From Felis catus (lineage: Eukaryota): a stretch of DNA of 64,000 nt. Below are positions 51,893 to 64,000 of the stretch, one piece after another. The stretch covers positions 176,330,001 through 176,394,000 of the forward strand of contig NC_058368.1 in assembly GCF_018350175.1 (NCBI RefSeq), written 5' to 3'. Both the position numbers and the translations under genes were made by a program. The notes beneath the pieces are model-generated. The model was given only the letters and a program-made list of their open reading frames with translations. It was not told where the DNA came from and did not search any database. Numbering within the stretch: the first letter of the stretch is position 1; each line of letters begins with the position of its first letter.

Positions 51893-54800
51893 GGGAGCCA
51901 GGGGAGGGCAGGAGCCAGCGGGAGAGAGAGAACAGGGTAGCAAGCACTTATTCCTTATGATGGGGCAGAGGTCACTAACTCTCCTCCGGCTTCACTCTTC
52001 AGTAGCTATTTTGAAAGATGCCCCAGGCAAAATAAAGGCGGGAACTCATGGCGGGCATCCTGAACTCAAGTCCTTATCTTAGTGTCCAGACTCTGGGTGT
52101 GAGGAGGGTTATCACACTGTAAAATGCCTAGGCAGCAACTCAGAAAAAGAAAGTTCGTTCTCCTCAGAAGCTGCTTTCTTGTCATAGGGATTAAATGTGT
52201 TCATGGACGTAAGGTGCTAGCACAGCCCCTGGTATATTCTAAGGCCCGCATACAAGGTGGCCCTGCTTATAACGAATCGAAGATGTCCCAGCTCTAAGCA
52301 GCTGGCTGGTGCCAGGCACGACGCCGGAGACTTTCACATGTAGTATCTCATGTAATACCCACAGCAGGAAGATGTTTAGTAGGGTCACTGTTCTCACAAG
52401 GATGAAACCGGGCTCAGAGCAAGACAGATAAAAGACTGGCCAAGATCACATGGCCAGGAAGAGGCAGAGGCAGGATCTGAACCTGGAGCCATGGAAGCCC
52501 AGAGCCATGCTCTTTCCACCGCGTTAAGATGGATGGGGCAAGGAATCAATGAAAACCTGAGGGACAAGTGTCCCCCAAGGAGACCTGTGATGCAGGTGTC
52601 ATCATCTTTCCGATAATCTGCAGGTGCCCATCCCAACTGCACCCATGGCCCAAGTGCCCACAGGGCAAGCAGGTGTAAAGGGTCCATCCCCTTTGTGCCC
52701 TACAAGCCTCCTTCTGCCACCTCCCCCTGCCACGCCCTGGTGGGTTGCTGCATCTGACCTCCCGACTGACCGGGACGAGGGCTCCCTGAGCCAGGAGCAC
52801 AGAGCACGAGATCACCACCCCTGCAGAATGAACGGGGGGAGGTACCAACGTGTGCTGATGGAGGAGAGGGGGGCACATTCCAGTCGGGGGACACCAGACA
52901 GCGTCAGGGAGTTGGCTCGATTGCGTGGGGGTCAGTAAGCAGTGGCCATGTAGGGAGAGGAAGAGAGGGACTGGGGAGGTACGGGTGGGGGGGAGCGTAG
53001 GTGGAATGTAACGAAGGGCCCTGAAATTCTAGGCTGAGGCGTGAGTCTGATGACATCTATGGAAAACAATTTTATTTGCTTTTAGAAGAGCACTTGAATA
53101 GTTCAGATTCCTGCCCAAAGTCGCTGACCTCTGTGCTTAATAATTTGATTTAATGGAAACTTACACAGCAGTGAGGCCCACAGCAAGGGCTTGCGGTGGA
53201 AGGGGAGGGATGGAAGTTATGCAAGCAATGTCCCTAGGACCTTGTTTTAAATCCCTACCCTCCAGGTATAAGTAAGTGCATCTATTCCCTACCAGGTGGA
53301 GGGCCAAAACCACCCCTTCTCGGCCACCAAGTCCTGCCCACACCCTCCTCTCTACAGCTATTGTCCAGTCTGGCCTCCAGGGTCGTCCTGCCCCAAGTTC
53401 ATCTTCACAAGAGCGGACCTCGCTGCAGCGTGAAGCCGGTCCAGTCGTTCCATGCTCGGACACCTTCCGGCCTGTCCTTCATGAGACGACCCTGGGTCTC
53501 TCACTGGGCCCTAGCTCACAACCCAGGCCTCAGAGTGGGTGACCGGGCTCTGAGGGAGACATCCAGGCATCCTTCCTGGTTGAGCTACCGGCTTCCCCAC
53601 TGGGGGCCTGCTATGGAGCATCTGAGGACACAGTTCAAGGTAACCACCCAGTTCCCGCTAGGCGGGCAATGGCTTCCTGGAGTTCCAACTGCCTGCTTGG
53701 CCACTTCACCCTGGAAGGGTGTATCCAAATGTTCAGGTCAACTCTTCTGACCAAAGAGCAGCAGCTCCCATGCCCCTGGGGGCCCAGAATGCTCTGGGCA
53801 GAAAAGCGTGGTATGACAGGGCAGGAGTGCAGAGGCTTTGACTGGAGTGGCCCCACCACTTACTAACCTCATTGTGGCTTTCGCCTCCTGGTGTCTCAGT
53901 TTTCCCAGCCGTAAAGTGGGGCTAAGACTACCCGCAGAACCCACCTCAAGGGGTTCTGCGTTGACGACATGAGACGATCACCGTAAAGTGCGAACCTAGG
54001 TGGCTGGCTGGCTGGCTGGGCATGTGCTTGCCTAGTATAAATCGTAACTGGAAAGTAGAATACATTGTATCGTACTGTAAATTATCAGTGGAGAGTTCCA
54101 GCTACTACATTTTCTTCTTACAGATCCTCATCAGGTTAATAAGTAAAAGCAGCCAAGCCTGGGAAGTCATAGACTGGAATGTGTTGCAGCCACGTTCTCT
54201 GAGCAAGGGGGGGGCCTGCTCCCCTAGAAATGTGAAGCCACACAGCACCCCCTATGGGGCCACTTTCCCAAGGATAATTAATGGCCTGTCTAAAGCCCAG
54301 GTTAGAGTCCAACCACCCAAACAAACAGGCCTCCTTCCCTACCGGGCTGGGCCAGAATAGTGTCTTATGTCACTCACTGATAACCACGGGTCAGGGTTGG
54401 CGCAATGTGGATCCCACCAGCAGTGACCTCATTTCCTTGGGATACAATCTCATGATGGGGGGTGTGGGGGGTTGACCCACTGTGGTCACAAACCTGCCAG
54501 GGAGGGCCCGACATCCATTACAGAAGACCTGGGACCTTCATGTGTTCCCAAACTGGCAGGCCTTCCCAGGGGTCAGAGAAACTTCTGATAGAAGGCAGAC
54601 AGACCAGGAACAATGCTTTTACCTCTGGATTCTTCGCTGAAGTCCTCAGTCCTTACCCATACAGACTCCTTTTGGGCAACTCCTGCACCGTGGTCACACG
54701 GCAGCAGGGGGAGAGGGGCGTCAGGGCCACTGCATCATCACAGATGGAGCTTCTGGCCCCTGGGCTACCGACGGCTTTCTCTTCTCATTCCCGCCTCCCT

Positions 54801-57460
54801 CCCTCCTTCCGGCCACTCACACAGCAAATGGGGAAGAGCTCAGCACGGGCCAGACAAATGGCAAACACACCATGAATGGCTCTCGTAGTCTGATTACCCC
54901 ACTCACCCCTCATCTTTCTTCCTCTCCAGGGAGGTGCTGGGACCAGAGTGTCCAGGATGCCCCCAGGGGTCAGGAAGGGAAAACCCTGGAACAGGGTAGA
55001 AGGCAGAGCGGCGGGAACATACTGTGCTCTTTGGAAAGGAGGGAGCCCTGTCCTGGGTAATGGAACAAGCTGTCCAAGCTCACCTGAGTGGCTCTTCACA
55101 CAGCAGGTGGCACACGACCTGCTCCAGTCACAACTCACCTGTGGGGGGCCCATTGCCTCACCATGGGCTGAGCTGACAACGGCTTAATAAGCTGCCCTTC
55201 ACAATGTCAGCAGGAGGCGAGGGAGGCTGCTCTGAGCTCAAGGGAGGGGACAAGAAAATTAACATTCGTGGAGTGCTTATTACATGCCAGGTGCTGAGGG
55301 TGGCCTCACAACCTTTTTAGCATTAGATGGGGAATAAATGTGAAGTGAGTAAATGTAGCATGAAGAACTACAGATCCATATTAAAGTGCATCAGGTGTGG
55401 CATTAAGTACCTTTCTGGTAAACAGCCTTGTTTAAACCTCACAAATATCACACACCTTCTCTGTTTCCGGCTCTGCTTTTTTTTCTCCAGAGTCTTTTTC
55501 ACTAATTCATGTACGTTCTAGCTTTGCTTGCTTGTTGATGGTCTGTGCTCACTGTTGGCATTTTCAACTCCTCTGAGCAGGGAACCACTCAGCAAGGAAG
55601 GAGGCAGACCTGGTTTCTGACTTCTGGGAGCTCAGGACCAAGAATGAGGCCCATGAACACACAACAGTGTACAGGACCTACCCCAGCTTGGTCCTACCTA
55701 CTTCATATTCTACTCTCTCCAGTTGCTCACTTTGCTCCAGCCACACTAGCTCTTTATCTGCTCTGTACATACACCAGGTAATTCCTGCCTCAGGGCCTTT
55801 GCACTTCTCAGTGGCTCTGCCCAGAATATATAAAGTCTCCCTAGTCCCTGGGACACAGCTGGGGCTCCCTCCTTGCTGTCACACATGTACCCCATTCACC
55901 TTGCTGAGAACACGAGGGACCTGAACAGCAGCCTCCCTTCCCAGGGAAGGGGGTGCAGCCTGGAGAGACCAGCAGGTACATGGCACACAGTAGCTCTCAA
56001 TCTCTTGCTGCTGTCCCTGTTTCTAATTCCAACTCAGGTGACCCCTGAGACATCCAGTGGCCCAAATTTACACAGAGTCACCCCCCATTAGGAGCTGAGT
56101 GGGGCAAAGAACATTCTCTGACCCCTGCGTGGTCAGGAGGTCATGTCTTAGGAAGCAGACAAGCCTCCCCAGACCTACAAGCTTTGACTCTAATGCACCC
56201 TCTCGTTTGGCCAGCGATACTGAGAGCCAGAGAGTTTGGAAACCTGTCCAGGGTCACACAGCAAGGTGGCAACTGAGCAGGGGGACCTGGCCCTGGGTCT
56301 CCCAATGCCTCGTCCAGAGCTCTTTCTACCACTCCGTGAGACCCTCTGGGCTCTGGTGCCATCAGGGTTAAAAACAGGATCAGAGGGACAGGGAAGGCAA
56401 ACTCCCCCATACCAGTGTAAGCTACAACCAGAAATTAGTTGGCCAGAGGGTGATGGTAGGAAACAGACAAGACTGAGATGTCTGTGGATTCAGGAGACTG
56501 GTGGGCCTTGGGAGCCCCCTCCTAACTATACGACCCTGGGCAAATGCCTTCACCTCTCAGAGCTATCTGAGGATTAAAGGTGGTAACACTTACATAGCTA
56601 CAACGCCCGTCTTGGGCTAAGCAACTATGTTTTTAGTTTCCTATTGTCTTGTGGCCGAGAGGGAGGCAAAGGAAACCAAGAAATTCCATGAGCAAAAAAG
56701 AAAATTCCAGTGTTGAACAGGGGAGTGGGTGGCCAGGGCCCAGCCCCGTGATGACTTTCTGGGTTGTAAACACAGGAACGAAGAGCCTTGGAAGCCCTGA
56801 GCCAGTGGCCAAGGCAGGAAGCTCTGGGGTCTGATTCCACCTCAGGGCGGCCGCTGGGCTGTGACTGAATAATTCCAATGGCATTCTGTGTTACACATAC
56901 CCCACAGCATTTACTAGGTTATCCGGGCAACGGATGATGCTAGAAATTGGGGATCGATTCACAATGCGTCAATCGCTGCCAGGAAGCCCACACGGATTCC
57001 TCACTAAGTGTGGGCCTGAGAACAGGGAAGGGGGCTCAGTTGAGGGGGGCTGGGCTCTGATGTCAGCAACCCCACCCCCCTCGGGTAGGAAGCGGCACCG
57101 TTTCTCTGAACTCCTCCAGCTTTAACATCAAATGACCCTATGATGATTCAGAGGGAAAAAAGTCCACTGGCCAAACAAAGGGACAGCAGAGATGGGCAAA
57201 TGATTCCTGTCATCTGCGGACCCAGGAAGCCCCCCCACAGAACGGAACCCAGATTTTCTCTTCAGCTTCAACAAAGCAATGTTTGCTTTTGCTCTAACTT
57301 CAAAACCCTTTTAAGAAACAGAGGAGCGATGGACGCCATGGGCTTGGAAATGAGAGAGTTAGAAGGTTCAGAGGTCTTGCTTCTTTTTAAAGGCCCTGTC
57401 TCCTCTCTTCTGGGGTCCCAGAAAGCTCTGGAATATCCCCTGTGGGGGAATGGAACTTAC

Positions 57461-57533
57461 ACTTCTGTCGTTATGAATCCGGTGAGCTCCGAGAGGAAGA
57501 GGAAGAGGATGAAGAGGCAGCAGCAGATAGAGA
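57461..57533 (-). CDS. ERGIC1: ERGIC1 exon 3 (73 nt; first transmembrane segment)
   Basis: ttccAG|TC TCT ATC TGC TGC TGC...GAA GT|GTAAGT; encodes (I)SICCCLFILFLFLSELTGFITTE(V). The ORF track does not show this frame. Confidence 0.95.
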
Positions 57534-57880
57534 CTGGAAGGAACAATACAGAGACACACAATTAAGGGTGGAGGGCACAGGCTGGGGGGGGGGTGGGCTG
57601 GCCCCTCCTCCCTCCCCTCTCCCCTCCCATTCCCATCCCTCCCCTCTCCACCCCTGGCCTCCAAGGAAAGCTGCTTAGAGGGAGGGGGAAAGAGGCCCCA
57701 CCAACCGTCCAAAGCCCCTTCTCAGTCTAAGCAGCCCTGCTCCCGGAGGACTTCCTTTGGTACTGATGTGACCTTCCCAGAGACTGACCCCCAATGTAGG
57801 CAGGTCCTCCAGGGGGCCAGACTGACTTCATTCCACAAGAGCATATTAATGCAGAGGTCAGTCAAAAATAGAGGTTGCAT

Positions 57881-58075
57881 GGGGCGCCCGGGTGGCTCGG
57901 TGGGTTGAGCGTCTGACTTCGGCTCAGGTCATGATCTCACGGTTTGTGGGTTCGAGCCCCACACTGGGCTCGCTGCTGTCAGCATAGTACCTGCTTCAGG
58001 TCCTCTGTCCCCCCATCTCTCTGCCCCTTTCTCATGCTCTCTCTCTCTCAAAAATAAATAAATAAGCATTAAAAA
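57881..58075 (+). mobile_element. Carnivore SINE in ERGIC1 intron 2
   Basis: GGGGCGCCCGGGTGGCTC head; degenerate TSD aaaatagaggttgca/aaacacagaggccgca. Confidence 0.9.
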
Positions 58076-58078
58076 ACA

Positions 58079-58531
58079 CAGAGGCCGCAAACTGGTGGCC
58101 CACAAATGTGTTCTGTTCAGCTCCAGTGATGTGTATTTCAAACTCTGGAGTTGACACTGAACAATCTGATTGCACATCAAAGTCCAGAACACTCAGGCCC
58201 TGGTTCCCAATGGGGTCCGAGGCTCACCAGTTTGCCACAGGCCCTACCACCCCCTCTTGACTCCCTGATTCCAAGGCCGAGGCCAACGGTCTGTCGCCAT
58301 TTATCACCACCCCCACTGGTACCATCAACGGCGTGCCCATGTCCGCATCAGAGGTCAGAAAGTGAGGAGACTGAACACTTGTGTTTCAAGAGAAGGGACA
58401 ATTCTTTATGGAAGGAATTCTTCTATAAAAGTCTGAAATGTAGAGAGTGGAAGAGAGTTCCAGAGTTGGCCCATGTCACTCATATTTATCGGGTCAACGG
58501 CCCCTGCCAGGGTGGAAATCTGTGACCCCTG
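58079..58531. mobile_element. MER102-like hAT remnant
   Basis: Terminal inverted repeat-like ends cagaggccgcaaact ... atctgtgacccctg. Confidence 0.5.
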
Positions 58532-59469
58532 GGGCCACTCCCAGGGACAATATATAACAAGTGGCCCGGATCTGGCCTTGAACTCCAGCCCCAGCTCCTG
58601 GTACTCCCCCAACATCTGACCACTCAACCACACTGAGCCACGTGTTCTGTAAATATGTGTCTTATTTCTGTTCCTTTGTTCCTGTGGTTCCTGTCAGGAA
58701 CGTCCTTCCCATCTTCTCTCCTCCTCCCTCTCCTCCCCCTCCTCCTCGTCATCCTCTCTGTGAAGTGGACTCCTCTCTATGCTGCCAGGCCGAGGTCCAG
58801 CTCAAAAGTCTCTCCTGGTAGGAGGCTCTTCATCCCCAGATGTGGAGCTGGTCACTCTTCCCTCTGTTCCCAGCCTCTCTTCTCACACTTGCCACATTTT
58901 ACCGGCTCTTTGTGGCTGTGTCTCTCACTAACCCGATATCCCTGAAGGCAGAAACTCCACAGCTCCAGTGCCTGGCCTGGGGCTTGGCATACAGGAGGGA
59001 ATAATAGGCAGCGAATACCCAAGAGCAGAGAGTGAGCATTGAGCACGCCTCACCTGGGCTTATCACAGAGGCATGCAGTGGGCAAGGGTTTGCAAAATGT
59101 GCCCACTGCTCACCTGCTACGGGTCTCCGGCTAAGTTACTTACCTCTCCCTGCCTCAGTTTCCTCATCTGTAAAATGACAACAGACCTGATGGAGCTTCT
59201 CTGAGAATTTCCACAACAGAAAAACTGGGCTCGTAATAGTGCCTGGCGGGTAATAAAGGCTCAAGCATTCGCTCATTATTAGGACTTTCATCAGGGAGTC
59301 CTTGGAGGAGTTGGTGATTTGGGGAAGGTGACTGACTGACAAATGGGGTGACCCCTAGTTTCCTGCAAAGAAAAAAAAGTTCCTGGTCCCACTTGCTGAT
59401 TCTCCTACATTCTTGATGGTTTGCTCCTGGACTGGCTGAGCAACTGTGATGAACACTGAAACCAGTCAT

Positions 59470-59470
<1 letters not shown>

Positions 59471-59522
<52 letters not shown>
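59471..59522. repeat. (TATC)13 tetranucleotide microsatellite
   Basis: Direct reading; perfect GATA-type STR. Confidence 0.95.
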
Positions 59523-59524
<2 letters not shown>

Positions 59525-62500
59525 AAAATGCAAAAAGATGACTTCTAAGTAAAGAAGGAAGGGAACAAATGTTTGCTGGGCCACTACCATGCACCCTGCT
59601 GTGGGAGTGTCACCAGCCACCGTGTCACCTCACACTCCCGCCTGACGGGGGCACGCACCCTTGCGCAGCAGGTAGAAATGGAGGCTCAGAGAGGAAGAGA
59701 CTGGCCTGGGAAGGTGGGTGGGGAGACAGGCCTGGATCCTATGAATTCTACAGACAATGCCCTAAGAAAAGAAACCCCAAGATCTAGGACTCCAAGTGAA
59801 GAACAAGACAGGGACATCCCCACAGTCCCTACACCTCTAAAACCAGACCAACATATGGGATCCTAGAATGACTCCCCAATTCTTCAAACACTAAAAGAAC
59901 TATATAGGGCAGTATTAAAGGGTTTTACTTTTTTTGCTTCTTTTCAGAAGAGGTAACACATGCACGTGATGAGAAAAATCCTGCAGCTGCATAAAAAGGT
60001 ATAGTGTGTCAAGTCCCTTTCTCGCTCCTGATCTGCAGCCCCCTGCCCTAAGGTATCAGTGTTACGGTCTTGCGTCCTTCCACAGCACTGAAACATATAT
60101 GCACAATTCCTTTCTTTCTCTAAGCCAGCTGCAGCATAAGCTATATACATCCTTTTCAACCATGCTTTGCTCACTCAGCAGCCTATGTCTGAAATACATG
60201 CCACATCAGTTTACAGGAGTGGCCATGTTTGCTTGCTTGCTTTTGTGGCATAGAAACTCATTTCAAATGTCTTCTCCAGCTGTTGGAAAAATCCACTGCA
60301 CTCCTGCAGCCACCAATCCCAACTTCCCGGCTCATATCCTTCCCTTTCTCACCTGCAGACTGCAGCTATGATAACTGATCAAGAATCCCACTACCAGGCA
60401 GAACACCCTTCACCTGGAATCTTCCTAAACAGTATCACATAGGACCCATGTTTCTGAGTCATTTTCATCCCTCTCACACCTCTCTCAAGCCCCAGCAACC
60501 CATCGCATGCTGTAATGGACAGGCACAAAGTAGGGAGGCGTTTCTGAAGGTCAATGCTGACTTAGACCAATCCAGGCCTTCTAACTGCCTTCCTTGCCCT
60601 AAGCCTGCAAAAGGGCCCCAACGCTCTAACTCTGTCCAAATTGGGGGTGGGGGGGGGGGGGTGGGGGACAGGGATGGAAGGCTTCCTTCTGAAATCTGTG
60701 TGCTCTGTTCAAGGTCTGGATGAAGCCTGGTCAACCCAGCAGGTGGACACGATAAATGCCAAGTCTACTCAGCTGAAACCCAAGTGTCCAACAGCCCTGA
60801 TCATATACCCTCTGTGACTGCTCCCCCTACCATTGTCCCATACTAGGTGGACAATGTCTCAGTACCACTATGGTCACAGGGTCTAGCCTGGCTCAGAGAA
60901 GGTACAGAAAAAATACTTGTTGAATGAATGAATGAAATGAATGAATGAATGAATGAATGAAAAACACGAGGTATGAAGGCAGGTATGAAGTATTTCAACC
61001 AGAAAGGCCGTTGTGATACTGAAGGCTTGATGAGGGTTTTCAATCCATGTTTGGGCAAGAAGCTAAGGCTCTCTGACACCACACTTCTTTTGAAACTGAC
61101 TCAGGCAGTGGACCATAGGAATGTGACCCCTAGAGAATGTGTGTGACTGGGAAACCTGGTGCAGCCAGCAAAGGGGGGCAGTGGACCCAAGACCCGAGAC
61201 CCAAGACTCTGGGAAGTCAAGGAATTTGTTCAAGGCCAAATGGCCACTTCAGTGAAGGAGGCAAAATTCAAACCCTGATCCGTGAGTGTCCAGGGCCCTT
61301 CCCTGTTCCTGCAGTTATTAATAGCATGTATCAAGATGTCATGAAATGGTGTGGCTTCGTGTCTGCTGCCCTGGTAGGCCATGTGCTCCTTAAGGACAAA
61401 GACGGGAGCCCATTCATCAACATGATCCCGGTACTTGGTACGGGACCTGGCCCTGGGACCTAGTTAATAAATATTTGTTCACTACATGGTAGCTAAGGGC
61501 TGGTTTCCCATGCCTCACGCCTTTTTCCTCTCGTGTAAAGGAATTTGCCGTCTTGCACACTGTGGCCGGGACCGCACATCAGACCACGTCCCTAGAGGGC
61601 CATCTGGCAGTACCTTCTAAATTTTACAACACACATGCCCTTTGACCCAGTAATTCCTCTTCTAGGAAAAGTTACCTTACAGAAATAACCATACAAGGAT
61701 ATAAAAATATATGGACAAGGATGTCTGCAACAGCCATAAATCGGAATCGAGACTGTCCACTCCCAGGAGACTGGTTACGTAAACTGTGGGTCGCGCAGAT
61801 GATGGCGACCGTGGGTTGCCAGACGCGGCTGCAGGGAAGAATGCAGCGGGCCGTGTACGTGCTGGTAGGAAAGGTGTCCAGCCTACAGCGGTTGAAAAAA
61901 GGGCCGGGAAGAGAGGTCCACACAGTAGGTTCCCGTCTCTGCTTAAAACAACGATATAGGTATATCAAAGCCTGAATGTGCTTTTTAAAAATTCTAGGAG
62001 GACCCAGACCTGATTGTTACACATCCATTAACAAGGGTGAGACTGCAGAGACTGTGAGGCAGAGGTCTGGACTATTGGTTGGTGGCAGGAAGGGGACAGG
62101 ACACCTTACTTGAATTTTTGTGATCAGGCTCAGAAACAAGTCGAACCCCCTCTCCTCTCATGGGCCTTGGGTATCCTCTCCGTGGGGACTCAGGCACAAA
62201 GCATCAGAGCGTCTGCTGGCACGGACCCTCACAGGCTGGGGGCTCCTGGAGGTCAGTGACCAGAGGAGTATAGTCCAGGCACTGAGAGCTTAGCACATAC
62301 CCTACACTTGACGGGTCTGAACTCATTTATTCCCCATATCAGGAAACTGAGGATCAGAGAGGTGAAGTGAGAAGTGACTTCCCCAAGGTCCCGCAGCTAA
62401 TAGATGGGAGAATGAACCCAGCTCTGCCACATGGGAAGCCTGCAGGACATGCATCCTGTGTCCTGGCTGCTGCATTCCCTTCCCCAGGGATGTGGAGACC

Positions 62501-62866
62501 CAGGGCTGGAGAAGGCACCCACGGCTTCAGTGAGTAAGGGCCGGGCAGGAGCAGCCGGGGTGGGGGTGGGGGAACCCCAAGGCCATGCTCCTATGACCCA
62601 CCTTGGAAGGCAGCAGTGGATTCCAATTTGATTGCCCAGCCCCAGGGCCCTGCTCAGGGGACAGCCCACGGGGAGCGTCCCTCTCCCGCAGGAAGCACTG
62701 GAGAGGCTGGCAGGGGGTCAGGCCATGGGGTGCAGGGAAGCCTACCTTTCGAGAGATGTGAAACTTGAGACAAGTCACTTCACCTCTCTGGGCCCATTTT
62801 CTACTCTGGAAAATGAGGCTATGAGGTTTTCCTGCGCGCATGGCGTTTTGGGTTTGTTTTGGTTTT

Positions 62867-63098
62867 ATTATTTTTTTTTTTAATTTTTTTTTCAACGTTT
62901 ATTTATTTTTTGGGGGACAGAGAGAGACAGAGCATGAACGGGGGAGGGGCAGAGAGAGAGGGAGACACAGAATCGGAAACAGGCTCCAGGCTCTGAGCCA
63001 TCCGCCCAGAGCCTGACGCGGGGCTCGAACTCACGGACTGCGAGATTGTGACCTGGCTGAAGTCGGACGCTTAACCGAATGTGCCACCCAGGCGCCCC
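62867..63098 (-). mobile_element. Young-type SINEC_Fc
   Basis: Diagnostic cttcagccaggtcac / gcctgtttccgattctgtg body, long A-tail and perfect TSD tgttttggtttt. Confidence 0.93.
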
Positions 63099-63110
63099 TG
63101 TTTTGGTTTT

Positions 63111-64000
63111 AATAAACTTCTCATTGTGGAGTAATAGATGCAGAGACAGTACAGAGAGTTCCTATGCGCCCTTCATCCGGCTTCTCCTCACATTAACGTC
63201 TTACGTAACCACGGTATGCACGTCAAAACGAAGTAACACCATACAGCACCAAAACTAAGCTACAGACAGGACTACAGGTTTCGCCAGTTTCCCCACAAAC
63301 CCCCTTCTTCCTGTTCCTGGACCCAACCTGGGATCTCACTTTGCATGTAGTTATCCTGTGTCCTTAGTCTTGAATCTGTTGACAGTTCCCCCTTCTTCCC
63401 AAGGTTTTCGAGACCTTGTCACTTTTGAAGCGTACTGGCAGGAGTTGCGTAGAATGTCGCCCAACCTGGGCCCCGATGATGCTTTCTCATGATTGGGCAG
63501 GCTTGGGTTGTTTGGGGAAGAATGTTCGGAGGGGAGGTGTCCTTCCCATCACGTCCCATCGGGGGTGCGTGACGTCCACAGGACGTCTCACTGGCTGATG
63601 TCAACCTTCATCACTTGGTTGTCTCTGGGCATCTACATAGGAAAGTTACCATTTCCTTTCCACTCTCTGCTCTTTCCATTCTCTGCATCACTGAGTCCAG
63701 CCCATACTCCAGGAGAAGAGAATTAGGCTTTACCTCCTGGAGGGGGTATTTATCCATCTACATTACTATATTACTTGGAATTCTTCTGTTAAGGAAGAGC
63801 CATCCCTTCTCTCCCACTGATTTACATCAGTACACTCTCATACTCCTTTTTTGTAATTCTTTGGCACATAAGACAATCATGCCATGATCTGTTACTCCGA
63901 CTACCCCTGTGTTAGCCTTTGGCCTCTTTCATGTTGCTCCTGTGTCCTGCTGATGCACCCCTAGCCCTTTTTTCCCCCCTCCGGGAGCTTCTTTGCTTTT
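63111..64000 (-). mobile_element. Old LINE-1 (L1MC-like) 3' region
   Basis: agtacagagagttcc...taaccacggta... typical of antisense L1MC 3'UTR; subfamily uncertain. Confidence 0.55.

Noticed and set aside
57534..64000. ERGIC1 exon 2 (FDIYRKVPKDLTQPT...)
   Set aside because: Searched by eye and not found; it presumably lies beyond the right edge, so its absence is not evidence of gene truncation.

Overview
This is mammalian (felid) genomic DNA, not microbial: it carries many tRNA-derived carnivore SINEs of the SINEC_Fc type, with target-site duplications (TSDs). Two genes lie on the minus strand. ERGIC1 contributes exons 3-10 (57533 down to the stop at 11552) plus a 3'UTR to about 9750; all GT-AG junctions and reading phases join into one continuous frame, and exons 1-2 lie beyond the right edge. 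RPL26L1 contributes its CpG-island promoter, a non-coding exon 1 and coding exon 2; its later exons lie beyond the left edge. The rest is intron or intergenic sequence filled with SINEs, MIR, L2, L1, MLT1 and hAT-Charlie remnants and microsatellites. Nearly all ORFs in the supplied track are spurious. I found no convincing evidence of a new multi-gene system. The best leads are regulatory or RNA-level: a head-to-head SINE hairpin in RPL26L1 intron 2, an AP-1 cluster in ERGIC1 intron 5, a CTCF-like site beside a weak exon 8 donor, a possible truncated exon-5 read-through isoform, a UGA-C stop followed by a small hairpin, and a long ORF in the ERGIC1 3'UTR. Repeat family names are from recognition by eye and their boundaries are approximate.
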